From the sequence record NC_027395.1: a stretch of DNA of 64,000 nucleotides. One strand, given 5' to 3'. Source of the DNA: Escherichia phage vB_EcoP_SU10. The notes beneath the pieces were generated by a model. The model saw only the letters and a program-made list of their open reading frames with translations, ran no database searches and was not told where the DNA came from. Made by a program: the position numbers and the translations under genes. This document shows positions 59,934-64,000 of the stretch, piece after piece; the first letter of the stretch is position 1; each line of letters opens with the position of its first letter.

Positions 59934-60897
59934 TGTAATACTCCACTAGTTCAGAAAAGAGAGATGAGATTGTGTTACCAACTTCTTCAAGAGTAAGACC
60001 GGAATCTGCTCCAGTTCTTTGAATCAGTCGGGCTGTAAAGTTTTGTACTGTAATGTTTCCCAACTTGTCGTCTATTGCTTCACGTTTGTGACCATAACAG
60101 TTGGACCAGAGTCTTAACCACTCTGACATTGTTTCATACTCGTCCGGGTCTTGATCTTTAGCACGAGCAAATCTTCGTAAGGCACCTTGGTTATGGTTAC
60201 GAACATAACCATTCTCGTTGTCGCCAACACCGAAGGGGTTTTGAACCCATACTTGCTTCGTGTATTCATCAGAGTCTACAACCAAAGGAAGGAATGCTGC
60301 TGCTGACATATTGTTGTTAATAACAATAGAGGTGCTCTCACTACTCCCATTGGCTCTTCCTCGTTGAGACCATCCACCGAAGAAGTCACGACCCAACCCA
60401 GCTAACACTAGAGCGATTCCGATGCGTTTACGCTTCAGCCACTCTTCCCTGTCTTCAATTCCTTCTGCTAGGAAATCCATTCCACGATATTGCCCTTCCA
60501 GAATACTACGAAAGAGCATAAGTCCTGTGAAGATCTGATCTGCTGGATGCTCACGAAGGTTGACAGCAACACTATTCGCTGAAGTGATCGTAAATACGTC
60601 ACGATAGCAAGACATGGAGTTCATAATGTCTGCTGTTTCAACCAAGTTCTTTTCAATATCAGATGCAACATGACCATGAAAAGAGTGAGTCCAGTAATTC
60701 AACATCTCCAGTTGCAAGTTGATATCACGGTTGAAGCGACGATAGCGCCCCTCTTCCGTGATAACTTCACCATTAATGTCATTTACACACTGGCCTTGCA
60801 TGTAGTTGTGGATACCGAAGCACCCACGACCTAAGAACTTCTGTTCCCCTAAATCCTGTTGAAGATTAAGAGGTACGATCGTTGTGGAGATTGACAT
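59926..60897 (-). CDS. Hypothetical protein (323 aa) in ligase cluster
   Basis: Overlaps neighbours; no motif recognised. Confidence 0.5.
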   Translation of the reverse strand: MSISTTIVPLNLQQDLGEQKFLGRGCFGIHNYMQGQCVNDINGEVITEEGRYRRFNRDINLQLEMLNYWTHSFHGHVASDIEKNLVETADIMNSMSCYRDVFTITSANSVAVNLREHPADQIFTGLMLFRSILEGQYRGMDFLAEGIEDREEWLKRKRIGIALVLAGLGRDFFGGWSQRGRANGSSESTSIVINNNMSAAAFLPLVVDSDEYTKQVWVQNPFGVGDNENGYVRNHNQGALRRFARAKDQDPDEYETMSEWLRLWSNCYGHKREAIDDKLGNITVQNFTARLIQRTGADSGLTLEEVGNTISSLFSELVEYYND

Positions 60898-60907
60898 AAC
60901 TAACCTT

Positions 60908-62107
60908 TTATTTTCCTAAAAACAATCCGCTCATAATACCATCCCACTCAGAGGATGGAATCACTGAATACTCCGAACTTTGGTCCAGAGTCCCACTACT
61001 GAATCGCTGAACAATATTATAAATATTGAAAAAATCCTTAGTCTCAGCGCGATAAGCGTAGACTAATTTGTCAGCCGTTCTTTCATCTTTAGAAACTCGA
61101 CGAGCAAAGGTAACCAGAAGATTGTCACCTTTGAGCATTTCTGACCCATCTTTTACTAAATCAGGGTGCATCACTGGCAAGAACATTGAGTTGTTCACTC
61201 GTAATTCTGCTGTTTCATCATTCTCATAATGAATCCACTTAAAATCTTCATCACGAAAGTGACCGCACCCATCTCTGTATGACTGTTGACGCCAAGGCAC
61301 TTGAAATGCTTCAGCGTATTTATCAGCCATGCCGACTGTAAATAGCGACGCTGGAAAGATACAAGCATCCCAATCATTACCAACCAGAGTTGCTTTCGTT
61401 TCGCCCAAGAGGTTAGTGTAAGTGCTAACCATTCGTGAGTAAACATAAGCCTGAAGGATTGTCCAGCCTTCAACCAACCATTTATGGAGGAAGGTTTCAA
61501 CTTGACTCTCTTCATCTTCATAATAGAAGGTTCGGTCTAACATCAAATAGAACAGACAACGATCAGCAGGGATATTCTCAGTTGCTACCCCCATAAAACC
61601 TTTATCGTGCCAGCGTAAACAGGAGGGACGATCTTTGTCCACAAATGCTTCCATAGCTTCCAGTACAGCACGAGGTGTGGTTCGATGTTCAGGGTTTTTG
61701 TCGTTCCAACGTTCGATGTTATTCTTGGGAGGTGTGTCTTCATCTTCATACGAACACCAACTTAAAGCTTCAGCTACATGCTTTTCATCACGCCAACGTC
61801 TAAAACCTAACATCTTCATATGAGTTCCGGAGTTCCAGATATGCTTGATTTTACACATATCCATCTCTCGGCTTAACAAGAATTCTTCCCCGTCAGCACT
61901 ACGAACGTTGGCTTCTTCATGCCACACTCGAACGTGCATATTCCATCCATGAGTTGCCTCATACATGTTAGGGTCGAAGTAGTCATCATCTTCATCGTCG
62001 TTTTCATCAACGCCGCCATTATAGTTGCGAAGTTGAAGGAACCCATAACAAGGGGGGTTGACCGTTAAAACATTACCTTCAGTATCTTCTAATGTTACTG
62101 GAAACAT
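60908..62107 (-). CDS. Hypothetical protein (399 aa) in ligase cluster
   Basis: Acidic N-terminal stretch; no motif recognised. Confidence 0.5.
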   Translation of the reverse strand: MFPVTLEDTEGNVLTVNPPCYGFLQLRNYNGGVDENDDEDDDYFDPNMYEATHGWNMHVRVWHEEANVRSADGEEFLLSREMDMCKIKHIWNSGTHMKMLGFRRWRDEKHVAEALSWCSYEDEDTPPKNNIERWNDKNPEHRTTPRAVLEAMEAFVDKDRPSCLRWHDKGFMGVATENIPADRCLFYLMLDRTFYYEDEESQVETFLHKWLVEGWTILQAYVYSRMVSTYTNLLGETKATLVGNDWDACIFPASLFTVGMADKYAEAFQVPWRQQSYRDGCGHFRDEDFKWIHYENDETAELRVNNSMFLPVMHPDLVKDGSEMLKGDNLLVTFARRVSKDERTADKLVYAYRAETKDFFNIYNIVQRFSSGTLDQSSEYSVIPSSEWDGIMSGLFLGK

Positions 62108-62118
62108 TATACCAACCT

Positions 62119-62481
62119 CTATTGGTTTTTAATCAACTCAATCGATTTACGAATATAAAGAATATCTCGGAAGTTTCGATAGTTGTTCATAAATTGATGC
62201 TTCTGGAAAGTAGCTTCTTCCAGAGCTTTCTTTGCGTCTGCGTAGCTTTTACGGGCAAGATGTACAACCCGTTCTGGTAACATGTTTGCATGACGGATGA
62301 CATACTTGTGAGCTTTCATGTTGCTTTGCTCACGAGCAATCTTACCTTTAGCAACTTTGATACCATTTGCAATCCAAGCAAGTTCTTGCTCAAGCTCATC
62401 GTTGGACATTCCACCGAGGTTTGATGCAACCTTGTTCAGAGTTTCAATATTAACGTTGCCCTTGATGGGACGTGTATTCAT
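62119..62481 (-). CDS. Hypothetical protein (120 aa)
   Basis: ORF only. Confidence 0.5.
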   Translation of the reverse strand: MNTRPIKGNVNIETLNKVASNLGGMSNDELEQELAWIANGIKVAKGKIAREQSNMKAHKYVIRHANMLPERVVHLARKSYADAKKALEEATFQKHQFMNNYRNFRDILYIRKSIELIKNQ

Positions 62482-62483
62482 AC

Positions 62484-62636
62484 TTACTCCTGTTGTTTAC
62501 ACTCGTCAATAACCCACTGATAAGTGGATTGCCCAGAAAAGAAACACTGAATAAATCCAGATGTTCTCTGCGTTACTAGTGCTAGTGAACAAATCACTAC
62601 CGCTGCTGCTAGCAGTTTTAAATCTAATTTAGACAT
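62484..62636 (-). CDS. Small protein with N-terminal signal/TM segment (50 aa), not in ORF track
   Basis: GAGG RBS; LLAAAVVICSLALV hydrophobic segment; 2-nt spacer to next ATG. Confidence 0.35.
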   Translation of the reverse strand: MSKLDLKLLAAAVVICSLALVTQRTSGFIQCFFSGQSTYQWVIDECKQQE

Positions 62637-62654
62637 ATTTCCTCTCTTTGAATT

Positions 62655-62680
62655 TAAAAAAGGACTCTCCGAAAAGAGTC
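62655..62680 (-). terminator. Rho-independent terminator (minus strand)
   Basis: Minus-strand GACUCU-uuucgg-AGAGUC hairpin followed by CUUUUUU. Confidence 0.5.
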
Positions 62681-62862
62681 AAGCTTTAAATACAAAAAGA
62701 TATTACCCAATATCTGTGGATAACCTGCTCTTAAAATATCTATCCGACGGATGTTCGAGGAATATTCCTCTCCCTAGCATCGGCCCCATACGGGAAATAT
62801 ATTAAGATTAGGTTAGTTGAGTCAGAATAACTCACATAGCCCTCCGAAGAAGGCTATAGATG

Positions 62863-63330
62863 TTACTCTATCTTAACTGAAGGACAATACTTCTCTTTCT
62901 TGCTGCGATACATAACAACAATCCAGTTTGAATCACGACGCTCTTTCTTACGTCGTTTCTTTTCAGCACGAGTTTCATATGTGCTAGTTCGGTGGTCACG
63001 ATATATTCCACGAAGTTCATAAAATGCCCAACCACCACCAAACACTACACCAGCCAAAGCAGCCAAAGATGAGGCACCAAGAGCAGGGGCAGCGAACCAT
63101 GTCCACCAGTAAAAGGTTGACACGTCGTTGTGCCCGAGAAGTGTCCCACCTACTCCAGTAAGTGCCGCACATATAACAGATAAGAATCCAGACAGTATAA
63201 CAAAACGCAAAACTGTTCGCCAGAAGTATTCACAAAAGTTAGTCATGTTGTCCCAATAGGAATCAGAGAGACTTGACGTAGCTTTGTTGAATCTGTGCAA
63301 CCATCCGTTCTTATTAACCTTAATCATCAT
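62863..63330 (-). CDS. Membrane protein with two TM helices and a highly basic C-terminal tail (155 aa)
   Basis: Hydrophobic segments VLRFVILSGFLSVICAALTGVGG and WTWFAAPALGASSLAALAGVVFGGGWAF; tail KKRRKKERRD. Confidence 0.55.
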   Translation of the reverse strand: MMIKVNKNGWLHRFNKATSSLSDSYWDNMTNFCEYFWRTVLRFVILSGFLSVICAALTGVGGTLLGHNDVSTFYWWTWFAAPALGASSLAALAGVVFGGGWAFYELRGIYRDHRTSTYETRAEKKRRKKERRDSNWIVVMYRSKKEKYCPSVKIE

Positions 63331-63560
63331 TCGCCTTTCTTAGCACGATCTTTGGCAGTTTTACCGGTGCGAATGCGATGGGAAACGTTAACCAGAGTGC
63401 CACCATCAACTACGGTAACGCTCTTGTTTTTAGCCAGATCGAACACAGTTTTCTCCGTGCCACCCAAGCGAATTTGCTTAGGCTCACTGAAGGTTTGGGT
63501 TGATTTGGATTGGAACTGGAACGGTTGACGGATTGCATCAATTGCACTTACTTTAGACAT
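63327..63560 (-). CDS. Hypothetical protein (77 aa)
   Basis: Imperfect palindrome GCGTAGAGGGAATTCCCTACGC in its upstream region. Confidence 0.45.
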   Translation of the reverse strand: MSKVSAIDAIRQPFQFQSKSTQTFSEPKQIRLGGTEKTVFDLAKNKSVTVVDGGTLVNVSHRIRTGKTAKDRAKKGE

Positions 63561-63779
63561 AGGGGAAATTCCTTAAAAAGTCATGGCTGCGTAGAGGGAA
63601 TTCCCTACGCAAATTGGGCCGCCCACAGAGAGGCGTCATAGTACTAAAAGGAGGAGAGAAGAGGGCTTATTTAGCTACCTTTTTCTGTCCGTTTACGAAC
63701 CAGATAATTGAACCGTCAGGCTGTCGTTGACCGAAGCCTTTCTGGTTAATCATATCGTCATAAGAATATGCTTTACGTC

Positions 63780-63974
63780 TCATTTGTTTTCCTGTGGAGT
63801 TAAGATAATTTCAGCTTTACTAAACTTCTCACCAACAACCATATCACCAGAGATGACACGCAGTTCTCCAGTGCCTAAGTTAACAGCTCCAGCAGGTTGA
63901 CAGCCCCTGCTCTTAGCTGTAAGCATATAAATCTTTTGATCCTTACATTCTTGGAGTGTGAATACGTCAGCCAT
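63780..63974 (-). CDS. Hypothetical protein (64 aa; start near window edge)
   Basis: ORF only. Confidence 0.35.
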   Translation of the reverse strand: MADVFTLQECKDQKIYMLTAKSRGCQPAGAVNLGTGELRVISGDMVVGEKFSKAEIILTPQENK

Positions 63975-64000
63975 GCTTAGGTCTTTAACATGGAGGATTA

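Overview
This 64-kb window is a contiguous segment of a tailed dsDNA bacteriophage genome; I found no rRNA, tRNA or CRISPR array. Two convergent modules meet at a bidirectional terminator near 30.1 kb. The + strand (about 0.2-30.1 kb) carries a late/structural module: terminase large subunit, portal, scaffold, major capsid protein followed by an Ig-like domain region, two tail fibers (one with a C-terminal S74-type chaperone domain), a T4-type lysozyme, an SLT transglycosylase, Q/N-rich paralogs and a 1473-aa putative ejection protein. The - strand (about 30.2-64 kb) carries replication and nucleotide-metabolism genes (family A DNA polymerase, separate 3'-5' exonuclease, primase-helicase, SSB, 5'-3' exonuclease, ThyX, dCTP deaminase, thioredoxin, PhoH, phosphoesterases), a phage sigma factor, spanins, two HNH endonucleases and many small accessory ORFs. 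The gene set (own sigma factor, amidoligase-type genes, no tape measure or sheath) suggests a phiEco32-like podovirus, but this is inference only. The most notable region is a roughly 9.6-kb cluster (52.5-62.1 kb) encoding an ATP-grasp ligase, a class II glutamine amidotransferase, two GCS2-type carboxylate-amine ligases, a GGCT-like cyclotransferase and several unknown proteins: a predicted amide-bond-forming system of unknown product. Its amidotransferase appears to initiate at a non-canonical ATT codon. Other observations include a recurring TAATGTATA promoter-like 9-mer, a structured 415-bp intergenic hub, tandem small-protein paralog arrays, a Dps-like ferritin, a CCA-adding-type nucleotidyltransferase and a macro-domain protein co-located with the spanins. 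All functional calls rest on motifs read by eye from the translations; no database search was run. CDS coordinates include the stop codon.
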